A stretch of DNA of 63,158 bases, filler included. It is 5 parts of 5 records of this genome, joined end to end, with 100 filler letters (N's around TTAATTAATTAA, not from the genome) between each part and the next. Parts side by side here need not be neighbours in the genome. Positions count along the whole stretch, not along the records: positions 39,925 to 57,157 come from SRR31156797_17620; positions 57,258 to 63,158 come from SRR31156797_17644; 3 more parts are not named here. One strand, given 5' to 3'. Positions 48,718 through 58,273 of the stretch are shown piece by piece. The notes beneath the pieces are model-generated. The model searched no databases, had not been told where the DNA came from, and saw only the letters and a program-made list of their open reading frames with translations. Each line of letters starts with the position of its first letter. The first letter of the stretch is position 1. The translations under genes and the position numbers were made by a program.

Positions 48718-49279
48718 CAGAGACAGAGCCGTAGAACTTTTCAGAGAGTACAACAGCACGGAAAGCCTGTTCACCCACGCCCTGGCGGTGGAAGCGGTGA
48801 TGAGGCATGCCGCCGGGAAGAGGGGCTTCGATCCGGACTACTGGGGAATCGTCGGACTCCTTCACGATATAGACTACGAGAAATACCCGGACCGGCACTG
48901 CGTCATGGCGCGGGAGATCCTGAGCGAAAGGGGATGGCCCGAGGACATTATCCATGCGGTGGTCTCCCATGGCTGGGGGATTTGCAGCGACGTGGAACCG
49001 GAACACGAGATGGAAAAGGTTCTGTATGCCGTAGACGAACTGACGGGTCTGATCACCGCCACCGTGCTGGTGCGTCCCTCCAAGAGCATCCTGGACCTGG
49101 GGGTCAAGTCGGTAAAGAAGAAGTGGAAGGCCAAGGGCTTCTCCGCCGGAGTGGACCGTTCCATCATAGAGAAGGGAGCGCTTATGCTGGGGATGGAAAC
49201 GGGCGAGCTCATCGCCATGACCATCGAAGGAATGAAAACGGCCGCCCGGGAACTCGGTCTGGCCGGAGAAGAGGCCTGA
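48707..49279 (+). CDS. HD-domain (HDIG-like) hydrolase
   Basis: HALAVE, GLLHDIDYE, DELTG, FSAGVDR. Confidence 0.9.
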   Translation: MEISRDRAVELFREYNSTESLFTHALAVEAVMRHAAGKRGFDPDYWGIVGLLHDIDYEKYPDRHCVMAREILSERGWPEDIIHAVVSHGWGICSDVEPEHEMEKVLYAVDELTGLITATVLVRPSKSILDLGVKSVKKKWKAKGFSAGVDRSIIEKGALMLGMETGELIAMTIEGMKTAARELGLAGEEA

Positions 49280-51237
49280 TGGAACGCAGGATCATCCCCC
49301 TGACCCGGGAGCTGGAGGAGAAGGTCCTCCGCAATCCCCTGCTCAACATAGACACCTTTATCATCCCCTCCCCCTATATCAGGGATCCCGATGTGGGGAA
49401 GAGCCGCGAGTTCAGCATGGCCTGGGTGGAGGAAGGGGAGATCCTGGGCTATATGCTGGTCTACACCGATCCCGGACACAGGAATTTCCACATATACAAG
49501 CTGGTCACCAGCCCCTTCGGCCGGGGCCGGGGAATAGGAACGGCCTTTATCGAAACCCTGGCCTCAGGGATCCCCGATGACGGCAGGGTCTATCTCTATA
49601 TCTGGGAGAAGCAGGTGGATACCATAGAATTCTTCCGGAACAAGGGATTCGCCCAGGGGGAGCCCATGGTCTACCGTAACCTCGTCTACAGCCATATGAC
49701 CGCCGGCAAAAAGGACATCCCCATCATGGGCGGACAGGGGAAGAAGGAATTCCACGCCGCCTCGGAGGAAATCGGAAAGACCCGCCATGACGCCCGCAAG
49801 ACCCTGCGGCTCATGTCCAATATGGTGGATATGCTCTCGGCGGACAACGCGGACAGGATCATCGAGGATATCAACCGGGAGACCACCACCATGATCAACA
49901 TGCTCAACTCCTTCCGGGACAACATGCTGATCGTCCACAAATTCAATCTCCAGGAGGTGATCCTGGAGCGGATCATCCCCTACATCGAGGCCTCCACCAT
50001 CCCCTGCGAGCTCCATCTGGAACTGCGGACGCGGTCGGCTCTGGTACCCGGCTCCTATGTCAATGTGGGCAGGGCCCTGATCAACATGGCCTCCAACGCC
50101 CTGGACGCCATCGCCGAGACGGGACGGCGGGGCATTATCCGGCTCACCCTGAGCCGGGAGAACGACTCCATCCTCCTGGCCATGGAGGATAACGGTACGG
50201 GCATCAATCCGGAGGATCTGGAAAAGGACAAGGAAGGGATACCCCTCTTTGTGGGCCGCACCACCAAGGGGCATAAGGTCGGCGAGGGCCTCGGCACCCG
50301 GCAGATCTACGCCACCTTCGGAGAGGAGAACATAACGGTGGACAGCATCCCCGGACAGGGCACCCGGTGGACGATCCGGTTTCAGAAGGTATCGGGCCGC
50401 CTGGAACGCTGGCATATCCGCATGGAACGGCGCCTGGGAGAGTTCAAGGTTCTCTGGGAGAGGCCCAAGGTTCATACCGAGGCGGACCGGAATACGGTCA
50501 TCGCCTCCATCTGGCAGCTGCGGAAGATGGAGATCTTCCTCTTCGACCTCCTCCTCAAGTTCAGCAAGTTCCATAATATCCGCACCATCTACAGGACCGT
50601 GCTCTCCTATATAGAGGGCTCCCTGCCCTGGAAACACTTCAAGGCGGAGGTGGCGACCTATCGCTGCGAATACGAGAACATGAAGAGCTGGCTCCTCCAG
50701 ATAGCCCAGGAGATAAAGGCCAGAAGCGACAACCTCAAGAGGCTGACCGACGACGGGGATTTCGACGGCGCCATGTTCAAGAGCTACGGACAGGCCCTGG
50801 AGAACATCATCATCTTCACCCTGGATCCCCTGACGGGGAATTTCCGTGCCACAGACCGGAAGCTGGCGGAACACCTGGACTTCGCCCCCTACCTGGGCAA
50901 GGAGAAGGAAGAGCTGCTCCGGGGGGAATTCGTAGGGGATATGAACAACGACGACTCCCCTATTTTCCTGGGCGTCTGGACCGTCAAATCCCATAAGGAC
51001 CTGTTGAACAAACTGAAGATGATAAGGGAGGGGGCGAAAAGGCTGCTGGAGATGGGCATCCATCCCTCAAAAAAGCTGGCCTTCTACCAGACGACCTATA
51101 TCCGCCACAGCGAGGATATCGACACGGACGCGTCCTGTACCTTCAGCCGGATGGCCGCCTGCAGCGACAGCGATCTGGAACAGTTCATCCGTCCCGCTGA
51201 CGACGAGTATCAGAACTTCTTCGCCGCTGCTGACTGA
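49279..51237 (+). CDS. GNAT acetyltransferase-histidine kinase fusion with unknown C-terminal domain
   Basis: RGRGIGTAFI (acetyl-CoA motif A), RHDARKTL, NMASNALDA, EDNGTGI, TTKG..GEGLG; TGATG coupling. Confidence 0.82.
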   Translation: MERRIIPLTRELEEKVLRNPLLNIDTFIIPSPYIRDPDVGKSREFSMAWVEEGEILGYMLVYTDPGHRNFHIYKLVTSPFGRGRGIGTAFIETLASGIPDDGRVYLYIWEKQVDTIEFFRNKGFAQGEPMVYRNLVYSHMTAGKKDIPIMGGQGKKEFHAASEEIGKTRHDARKTLRLMSNMVDMLSADNADRIIEDINRETTTMINMLNSFRDNMLIVHKFNLQEVILERIIPYIEASTIPCELHLELRTRSALVPGSYVNVGRALINMASNALDAIAETGRRGIIRLTLSRENDSILLAMEDNGTGINPEDLEKDKEGIPLFVGRTTKGHKVGEGLGTRQIYATFGEENITVDSIPGQGTRWTIRFQKVSGRLERWHIRMERRLGEFKVLWERPKVHTEADRNTVIASIWQLRKMEIFLFDLLLKFSKFHNIRTIYRTVLSYIEGSLPWKHFKAEVATYRCEYENMKSWLLQIAQEIKARSDNLKRLTDDGDFDGAMFKSYGQALENIIIFTLDPLTGNFRATDRKLAEHLDFAPYLGKEKEELLRGEFVGDMNNDDSPIFLGVWTVKSHKDLLNKLKMIREGAKRLLEMGIHPSKKLAFYQTTYIRHSEDIDTDASCTFSRMAACSDSDLEQFIRPADDEYQNFFAAAD

Positions 51238-51268
51238 GCAGGGGAAACGCCGCTCTATAACAGGACAC

Positions 51269-51398
51269 AAAAAAAGAGCCCCCGGGAAAAGGAGGAAACC
51301 CGGGGGCGAAGCAAAAAAATGAAAAAAATCTACAAATCCATTAGGAGAACTTCCTGTTGTTCTTCAATCATCAAACCACCCTCTTAAAGGGGGGTTAC
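51269..51398 (-). ncRNA. Candidate sRNA 1 (about 95-100 nt) including its putative ECF promoter
   Basis: GTAAC-N17-GTT, TTTTTTCATTTTTT, terminator hairpin with CCUCCUU loop and U7. Confidence 0.45.
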
Positions 51399-51416
51399 AA
51401 AAAAATAATCTTTTTC

Positions 51417-51531
51417 AAAAAAAATAATCCCCGGACCAAGGAGTAAGTCCGGGGAAGGGAAAAAATGAAAAAGCGTCCGGGCTCACACTACCCGTTACAT
51501 ATAAAAAACAACAGAAAAAAAATGACGTTAC
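51417..51531 (-). ncRNA. Candidate sRNA 2 (about 80-85 nt) including its putative ECF promoter
   Basis: GTAAC-N17-GTT, TTTTTCATTTTT, terminator hairpin with CUCCUU loop and U8. Confidence 0.45.
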
Positions 51532-51613
51532 CCTTTTCTTAAGATTTATCCTTTACCAGCCCATCAAAAAGGGCCTATTATTTTTTTATATCAGAACGGA
51601 CAGGAACCGGACA

Positions 51614-53812
51614 TTGAGCAACAAAACCAAATACCTCTCCCAGAGGGAGAGGGAGACCGCCAGAAAATACTTCTTCCGCTATGTCAGATTCAACGGGATG
51701 GGCTTCAGCTTCCTGGGGAACACCACGGTCTATCTGCTGGCCATCCTCTACGGCGCCAGCAATATGCAGCTGGGATACATCTCTTCGGTTATCTACATCA
51801 CGGGGATATTCCTGATCTTCTACCCCCGGCTTTTCCGGGGCAAGTCCACGAAAACCGTAGGATACTGGGCCTGGCAGCTCCGGGGGCTGGTCTGTCTGGG
51901 GTACCTTTTCCTCCCCCTTCTCTCCGGTTCCGCAGCGGTATGGCTGATCCTGACCACCTATACCCTCTTCTGCGTCACCAGGACCATAGGCGTGGCCCTG
52001 CAGCAGACCATCCAGAAGATGATCTCCTCCAGCCGGACCAGGGGAGAGGTCATCATGACGGCGTCCACCCGCTTCAACTCCATCTCCCTGATGTCCCGGT
52101 TCTTCAGCTACGTGGTGACCTCGGTCCACCTGGCCTCGGAGCTGACGAGCATCCTCTTCCTCCAGCTGCTGGGCATCATCAGCAATACCCTGGCCAGTCT
52201 GAACCTGAGGCGCATGCCCAACAGAGAGATCGTCGACTACACACCGGGCGAGCATATGGGCAAGCTCTTGGTAAAGACCATGAAGGAGAAGCAGAACAGA
52301 ACCGTGCTCATCCTGCGCTGGGGGGCCATCAGCATCGAGATACTCACGGCCATGACCATCCCCTTCCTGAGGCAGTTCGCCGACTTCAGGGCCTCGGAGG
52401 TCTTCCTCTACACCATGATTATGACCCTGGCGGCCGTATTCGCGGCCCTCTTCGTCCGCCCCTTTGCGGACCGTCTGGGCAGCCGGCCCTTCATCCTTCC
52501 CTCTGCGGTTCTGATGGGCCTGATCTATACGGTGTGGATGACCATCGATCCCTCCAGAAGGAGCCCCGAGTTCTTCTACATCCTGGGCTTCGTCACCGTA
52601 TTTACCCAGAACATGCTCTCCCTTCTGTCGGCCCGCCTGTTCATCCAGTCCATCCCGGACGAGGGATCGGTTAGCTATACCTCCATGGATATCGTGGTCA
52701 CCTCCATCCTCGCCCTGTTCCTGGGTTTCCTGGCCGGAGGACTGGCCGACCTCTCCGCGAAGAGCGGGACCCTCCCCTTTCTCAACGTCTACGGCCTGAC
52801 CTTCTCCCTGGCCCTGATCGTATGCGCCGGCATCACCGTCACGGCGGCGGGGTTCTTCGAAAAGGGCAGCGCCACGCTGAAGAAGACATGGACCATGATC
52901 TTCTCCATAGAGCATATGAGGACCTTCAGGGATATCAGCCGCCTTACCACGGGCAAGAGCTCCCACAAAAGAAAAACCCTGATCCTCTCGCTGGCCTATA
53001 CGGGCTCGTCCCTGGCCAATGAGGAGATCCGCCAGATCTTCCGGAACCCCATAGGCTCGGACAAGGCGGATATCATGAAGACCCTGTTCGAAAGGAAAAG
53101 GCCCGAGCTGATTCCCGATCTTATCCGCGAGGCCCGGGACACCTACTCGCTCTACCGGCAGGAGGCCATCTTCGCCCTGGGAGCCTATCCCTCGCCGGCC
53201 GTGGAGTCCGCCCTGGTCGGACTGCTGGAGGACAGTGACGGACTGACGGTCTCCAACGCCGCCAAATCCCTGGGACGCATAGGCTACAGGGAGAAGAGCG
53301 ATGAGATCCGGGAGAGGTTCATCAGGGAAGAGAGGGGGGATGTCAAAAAAGACCTCAACTACATCATAGCCCTGTACAATATGAATCCCGGAGGCCCCTG
53401 GCTGGAGCAGCTCTTCAACAGCGACCAGGCCCGGCTGGGAGAAAGCTATGAACAGACCGTTTTCACCCTGGTGAGCCGGCAGAGGGACTGCAAGCCCCCT
53501 CTGGGATGGATCTATCAGATGAATAACCTGAGCCCGGGAGAAGGGATGACCATCCTTCTGGACGAAACCAGAGAGAGCGAAACCTTCTTCAGAGCCAACA
53601 GGAGGCTGGCCCGGTCCTATGGTAGCGGGGACTACGGCGATATATGGTCCTGGTGCCGGGAGACACTGGGAGATCCGGAACAGTACGAGGGCGCCGCCCT
53701 GCGGATCGCCCGCTCCATCGACGCCTTCGATGTCTCGCTGGCTTCGGCGAGCAACACCATCGGGGTCCTCTACTTCAGCTATCAGATCCTCTCGGAAGGA
53801 GTGACGCTTTGA
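51614..53812 (+). CDS. MFS transporter fused to a C-terminal HEAT-repeat domain
   Basis: About 12 TM segments with DRLGSRP; then RQEAIFALG, NAAKSLGRIG HEAT-like units. Confidence 0.8.
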   Translation: MSNKTKYLSQRERETARKYFFRYVRFNGMGFSFLGNTTVYLLAILYGASNMQLGYISSVIYITGIFLIFYPRLFRGKSTKTVGYWAWQLRGLVCLGYLFLPLLSGSAAVWLILTTYTLFCVTRTIGVALQQTIQKMISSSRTRGEVIMTASTRFNSISLMSRFFSYVVTSVHLASELTSILFLQLLGIISNTLASLNLRRMPNREIVDYTPGEHMGKLLVKTMKEKQNRTVLILRWGAISIEILTAMTIPFLRQFADFRASEVFLYTMIMTLAAVFAALFVRPFADRLGSRPFILPSAVLMGLIYTVWMTIDPSRRSPEFFYILGFVTVFTQNMLSLLSARLFIQSIPDEGSVSYTSMDIVVTSILALFLGFLAGGLADLSAKSGTLPFLNVYGLTFSLALIVCAGITVTAAGFFEKGSATLKKTWTMIFSIEHMRTFRDISRLTTGKSSHKRKTLILSLAYTGSSLANEEIRQIFRNPIGSDKADIMKTLFERKRPELIPDLIREARDTYSLYRQEAIFALGAYPSPAVESALVGLLEDSDGLTVSNAAKSLGRIGYREKSDEIRERFIREERGDVKKDLNYIIALYNMNPGGPWLEQLFNSDQARLGESYEQTVFTLVSRQRDCKPPLGWIYQMNNLSPGEGMTILLDETRESETFFRANRRLARSYGSGDYGDIWSWCRETLGDPEQYEGAALRIARSIDAFDVSLASASNTIGVLYFSYQILSEGVTL

Positions 53813-55215
53813 TCACCAGCGGACAGATGTTCGACCTCTTTCAGAACATGGAGGTATCCCTGATCGTCTCGGACCAGTCGGGCCTGATCATAGCGGTGAA
53901 TCCCGTGGCCTGTTCCCTCCTGGATATGGAGGAACAGGAGATCAAGGGAAGGCATATCCATGCCCTTCTCACGCCCAGGAGGAAGGAGATAGAGCTGCGG
54001 GAGATCTCCAGGAACAAGGGCAGGGGCCCCATCATGTGGCTCCTTCGAAAGAACGGCGGGAAAGGCGGTCTGGATGACGAGAACGGCATGTCATCCTTCA
54101 TGGCGGCCATGACCCACGAGATAAGAACGCCTATGAACGGGATCATCGGCATGACCGACCTGGCCCTGGAGGAGGAGATCACCCCGGCGATCAGGGAGTA
54201 TCTGGATGTGATCAAGCTCTCCGCCGACTCGCTGATGCGGGTCATCAACGATATCCTGGACTACTCCAAGATAGAGGCGGGCCGTCTGAGCCTTGAGGAG
54301 ATCCCCATCCCCCTGCCCCGCTTCATGGAGGACATCGTCCGCATCTTCACTCCCCAGGCCGCCGCGAAGGGACTTGAGTTCCGCTACAATCCGGAACCGG
54401 ACCTGCCCGAAACCATCAAGGGAGACCCTGTGCGGATCAGGCAGATCATCCAGAACATCCTGAACAACGCCCTGAAGTTCACCGCCTCCGGCTACATCGA
54501 GCTCTCCGCCCATGTGGACCGGACCAGCGAGCCCCGCAGGCTCTACTTCTACATATCCGACACGGGCATAGGAATCCCCAGGGAGAAGCAGCACCTTCTC
54601 TTCCGCTCCTTCACCCAGGTAGACTCCTCTACCACCAGAAAGTACGGAGGCACGGGCCTGGGACTGGCCATCTGCGCCTACCTGACGGCCCTGATGGGGG
54701 GCGAGATAGACCTGAACAGCAAGGAAAACAAGGGAAGCACCTTCCGCTTCTTCCTTCCCCTGAACGAAGGATGCCTCGAGAAGAAGGGTTCTCCGGACGA
54801 GGGGTGCGGCGATTCGACCGCTCCGAACGGGGAGGCCGAGGACGGGGCCCTTATCCTTCTGATGGAGGACAACAGGGTCAACCAGCTCCTTGCCGTCCGG
54901 ACCATGGAGAAGGCGGGCTACCGGGTCGTTACGGCCGAAAACGGAGAAGAGGGGCTCGACCTGTTCAGAAAGCACAGGCCCGACCTGGTCCTGATGGACA
55001 TCCAGATGCCCGTGAAAGACGGTTACGAAACCTCCAGGGCCATACGGGAGATGGAGGAGGAGACGGAAACGCGCACCCCCATAATCGCCCTGACGGCCCT
55101 GGCTCTGGCCGAAGACAGGCAGAAGATGAGCGACGCGGGTATGAACGATTTTCTGGGAAAACCCGTCAGTCCTATTGACCTAAAACAGATGCTCAATAAA
55201 TATTGTAGAGATTAA
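53809..55215 (+). CDS. PAS-domain hybrid sensor histidine kinase/response regulator
   Basis: PAS ([10 protein letters not shown]), [30 protein letters not shown]...MDIQMP...KP; TTG overlaps the upstream TGA. Confidence 0.9.
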   Translation: MITSGQMFDLFQNMEVSLIVSDQSGLIIAVNPVACSLLDMEEQEIKGRHIHALLTPRRKEIELREISRNKGRGPIMWLLRKNGGKGGLDDENGMSSFMAAMTHEIRTPMNGIIGMTDLALEEEITPAIREYLDVIKLSADSLMRVINDILDYSKIEAGRLSLEEIPIPLPRFMEDIVRIFTPQAAAKGLEFRYNPEPDLPETIKGDPVRIRQIIQNILNNALKFTASGYIELSAHVDRTSEPRRLYFYISDTGIGIPREKQHLLFRSFTQVDSSTTRKYGGTGLGLAICAYLTALMGGEIDLNSKENKGSTFRFFLPLNEGCLEKKGSPDEGCGDSTAPNGEAEDGALILLMEDNRVNQLLAVRTMEKAGYRVVTAENGEEGLDLFRKHRPDLVLMDIQMPVKDGYETSRAIREMEEETETRTPIIALTALALAEDRQKMSDAGMNDFLGKPVSPIDLKQMLNKYCRD

Positions 55216-55251
55216 GCGCAGCAGCATATCCCCTTTTCCACAGGAGCCTTT

Positions 55252-56307
55252 ATGAAAATCCGTCAGTCCCTCCAGAGCGTTACCCCCTATGTGGCCGGAA
55301 AGACCAGGGAGGGGGCCATCAAGCTCTCCTCCAATGAGAATCCCCTCGGCCCCTCGCCGAGAGCCCTGGAGGCCATCAGCCGGGAGATGAACCACCTGCA
55401 CCGCTATCCCGACGGCCGTTCGGGAACCCTTATCCAGGCCCTGGCCGAGAAATTCGACCTCGACAGGGAGTGCTTTATAGCGGGCAACGGCTCGGACGAG
55501 ATCTTCGCCCTGATCACCGGTACCTTCCTGGAGGAAGGGAAAGAGGTGCTGACCGCCAGCTCCACCTTCTCGGAGTACACATTCTCGGGCCTCCTCTTCG
55601 GGGGCCGGGTCAGAAAGCTGCCCCTCCTGGACGGCCGCTTCGACGCCGAGGCCCTGCTGGACGCGGTGGGCCCCGAGACGGCCATCGTCTTTATCTGCAA
55701 TCCCAACAATCCGACGGGCACCATCCTCTCCTCCGCCGAGATACGCTCTTTCCTGGACCGGCTGCCCAAGGATGTCATCATGGTTCTGGACGAGGCCTAC
55801 GGAGAGTTCGTCACAAGCCCCGGCTTTCAGAGCGGAAGGGACCTGATAGGAGAGTATCCCAACCTGATCGTCACCAGAACCTTCTCCAAGATATACGGCC
55901 TGGCGGGCCTCCGCCTGGGCTATGCCATGGCCTGCCCCGAAACCATGCGGGATATCTTCCGGGCCAAGCAGGCCTTCAACGTCAACCTTCTGGCCCAGAA
56001 GGCCGGCGCCGAAGCCCTGAAGGACAGCGAGTTCATCGACAAAACCCTGGAACTCTGCCGCAAAGGGAAGGACTTCCTCTACAGGGCCCTGGAAGAGGAG
56101 GGCTTCTTCTTCTACCCCAGCGAAGCCAACTTCATCTGCATCCGCGTGGACAGGGACAGCAGAGAGGTCTTCGATCTCTTCCTGGAACAGGGCATGGCCA
56201 TCCGCCCCCTGGCCTCCTTCGGCATGGACCGATGGATACGCTATACCATCGGAACGGAAGAGCAGAACAAGGAGTTTATCCGCCTGATGAAGAGCCTCAA
56301 GGGCTGA
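55252..56307 (+). CDS. hisC: Histidinol-phosphate aminotransferase
   Basis: KLSSNENP, GNGSDE, NPNNPTG, DEAY, RTFSKIYGLAGLRLG. Confidence 0.93.
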   Translation: MKIRQSLQSVTPYVAGKTREGAIKLSSNENPLGPSPRALEAISREMNHLHRYPDGRSGTLIQALAEKFDLDRECFIAGNGSDEIFALITGTFLEEGKEVLTASSTFSEYTFSGLLFGGRVRKLPLLDGRFDAEALLDAVGPETAIVFICNPNNPTGTILSSAEIRSFLDRLPKDVIMVLDEAYGEFVTSPGFQSGRDLIGEYPNLIVTRTFSKIYGLAGLRLGYAMACPETMRDIFRAKQAFNVNLLAQKAGAEALKDSEFIDKTLELCRKGKDFLYRALEEEGFFFYPSEANFICIRVDRDSREVFDLFLEQGMAIRPLASFGMDRWIRYTIGTEEQNKEFIRLMKSLKG

Positions 56308-56311
56308 TCCC

Positions 56312-57016
56312 ATGGTCGTCTGGCTTTTGTCCCTGCTGCTTCTGCCCCAGGTCGTCAACTTCCTCCTGGCCCTGGTTCCCGCCCTCCTTCTGCTCAGGTA
56401 CTTCTACAGAAGGGATCCCAGGCCCGAGCCCCGGCGGACCGTAAGCCGCGCCTTCCTCTGGGGAATAGGCTCTACCCTGCCCGCCCTGGTCATCGAGCTC
56501 CTCTTCTCCCGCCTGATGCCCCGGGGGCTCCCTCCCGTCGCGTCAGCGGCCTTCAGGGCCTTTGTCATCGCAGCCCTGGTGGAGGAGAGCTGCAAAATGG
56601 GAGTGATCAACAAGTTCATCTATCACCGCCCCGAGTTCGACGAGGTCAACGACGGCATCATCTACACCATGGCGGCCGGACTGGGGTTCGCCTTTCTGGA
56701 GAACATCCTCTACAGCATGGGCAGCGAACACACCTGGAGCCTGCTCCTGATGCGGGGGATAAGCTCGGTCCCTCTCCACGGGCTGGCCTCCGGCCTGATG
56801 GGCTACTATATCGGCCGTTCCAAATTCTCAAAGAGGGATATGAGGGGCTTCGGGCTTTTCCTGGCGGTGGCCTATCACGGACTCTATGATTTTTTCCTCT
56901 TTGCGGGAGGAGGGCTGGGCTGGCTGATCTTCCCGCTCCTGGCGGTTCTGGCCGTCCATACCCGTCTCATACTGGCGAAAGCGGTCCGGGAGGACAGGGA
57001 CGCCTACAGGATCTGA
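56312..57016 (+). CDS. prsW: PrsW family intramembrane glutamic protease
   Basis: VEESCK, GFAFLEN, PLHG, YHGLYD. Confidence 0.88.
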   Translation: MVVWLLSLLLLPQVVNFLLALVPALLLLRYFYRRDPRPEPRRTVSRAFLWGIGSTLPALVIELLFSRLMPRGLPPVASAAFRAFVIAALVEESCKMGVINKFIYHRPEFDEVNDGIIYTMAAGLGFAFLENILYSMGSEHTWSLLLMRGISSVPLHGLASGLMGYYIGRSKFSKRDMRGFGLFLAVAYHGLYDFFLFAGGGLGWLIFPLLAVLAVHTRLILAKAVREDRDAYRI

Positions 57017-57157
57017 CCTGCAGGATCTGATATTATTCCGGGTATTCGCAGCAGCGACTCGGGCCCAGGGCTCGCCCTGAGGTATGATATCATTCATTCC
57101 GGGCATTTTGCTTTTTTTTCCAACATTCTATTGACAATTATTCTGATACCCTTTATC

Positions 57158-57257
57158 NNNNNNNNNNNNNNNNNNNNNNNNNNNNNNNNNNNNNNNNNNN
57201 NTTAATTAATTAANNNNNNNNNNNNNNNNNNNNNNNNNNNNNNNNNNNNNNNNNNNN
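57158..57257. other. Artificial contig linker
   Basis: N44-TTAATTAATTAA-N44. Confidence 0.98.
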
Positions 57258-57285
57258 TAAAAAAGACTAAATTTAGTCTTTTTTA
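57258..57285. terminator. Bidirectional terminator-like palindrome after cheV
   Basis: TAAAAAAGACTAAATTTAGTCTTTTTTA. Confidence 0.65.
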
Positions 57286-57286
57286 T

Positions 57287-58192
57287 TTAGAAAGATAAGT
57301 GCTTCTTTGCAGCTTCATATAGAGCTTGGATATCAGTTTTTCCAATAAATCCATCAACTCCAATACTATTCATTTTGTTTTTTACTGCATCTGTAGTCAT
57401 AGATGAGTTTACAATAATTGGAATCTCAGAGTATTTACTATTTTGTTTCACAAAAGATGCAACTTGGAAACCATCAGTTTCAGGCATCTCAATATCAGTA
57501 ATAATAAGTGCTACTGATGAAGGATCAATCTCTTCAAGTCTATCTAATAGTAGTGCTCCATTATTATAAATCTCATAATTGATTCCTGCTTTTTTGAAGA
57601 ATTTAGTTAATACTTCTCTTGCAACACCTGAATCTTCAGCTGCTAATACAATTTTATTTGTATTGAATTTAGATTCTACATATTTATTTAATGTATCTTC
57701 TCCATCTTCAACCCAACCTAAGTCTTGTAATAATTGTTCAGCATTAAATACAGTACATAACTCATCTTTTTCATTTACTTTTACATAAGTTGTATATGTA
57801 ACTTTAGAGTTTGTTTCTTCTGTATGTCTTAATTCATCAGTTGTTTTTTCAACAATATCCAGCATGTCTTTAATTAAGAAACCTACTTTTTTGTGATTGA
57901 ATTCACAATAGATAATTAACTTGTATTCTTCTTGCTTTAACTTTGGAATACCAAGCCAAGCATCAAGGTTGATTAATGTAACAGGTTCCCCTCTAATTGT
58001 CGCAATACCAGCAACAACATCACTATCTGCAGGAGTATCGTTGATAGTTACTTCTTCTGCAATAACAAATGCTTTAACTTTTGCAATATTAATTGCGTAA
58101 ATATTATTATGACCAGTATAGAAAACAGCTAGCTGCTGTACATTTCTTAAATGTCCTTGTGTCATTTGTTCAACACTATTGATACCACTCAT
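57287..58192 (-). CDS. cheV: Chemotaxis protein CheV (CheW plus receiver)
   Basis: YAINIAKVK, IRGEPV, AEDS, TDIEMPETDG, NSSM, GK. Confidence 0.92.
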   Translation of the reverse strand: MSGINSVEQMTQGHLRNVQQLAVFYTGHNNIYAINIAKVKAFVIAEEVTINDTPADSDVVAGIATIRGEPVTLINLDAWLGIPKLKQEEYKLIIYCEFNHKKVGFLIKDMLDIVEKTTDELRHTEETNSKVTYTTYVKVNEKDELCTVFNAEQLLQDLGWVEDGEDTLNKYVESKFNTNKIVLAAEDSGVAREVLTKFFKKAGINYEIYNNGALLLDRLEEIDPSSVALIITDIEMPETDGFQVASFVKQNSKYSEIPIIVNSSMTTDAVKNKMNSIGVDGFIGKTDIQALYEAAKKHLSF

Positions 58193-58273
58193 GTATGCCC
58201 TTTTTGACTAATATACTAGATTATATACGTTTTTTTCTTACAATAAACTTTAGAATATTACTAAAATATTACT

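Noticed and set aside
1448-51237. Selenocysteine or pyrrolysine readthrough at TGA/TAG stops
   Set aside because: The stops I examined fall at natural domain ends, often overlapping the next start codon, and no in-frame domain continuation was seen.
51319-51542. Plus-strand small peptides MKKIYKS... (22 aa) and MKKRPGS... (25 aa)
   Set aside because: The SD is about 20 nt from the ATG and inside a hairpin loop, and the peptides share nothing beyond MKK. The minus-strand sRNA reading explains the motifs better, though peptides are not excluded.
42763-56444. Long antisense and alternate-frame ORFs (e.g. 47188-48774, 49564-51063, 51578-52966, 55180-56358, 44633-45808) and N-terminal extensions of 42876, 48934 and 53644
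   Set aside because: These are shadow ORFs caused by high GC3 codon bias. They overlap well-supported genes and show no motifs.
14685-57257. Four identical N44-TTAATTAATTAA-N44 blocks and abrupt GC shifts suggesting islands or HGT
   Set aside because: These are artificial contig joins. Adjacent segments come from different organisms, so cross-linker synteny and ORFs are meaningless.
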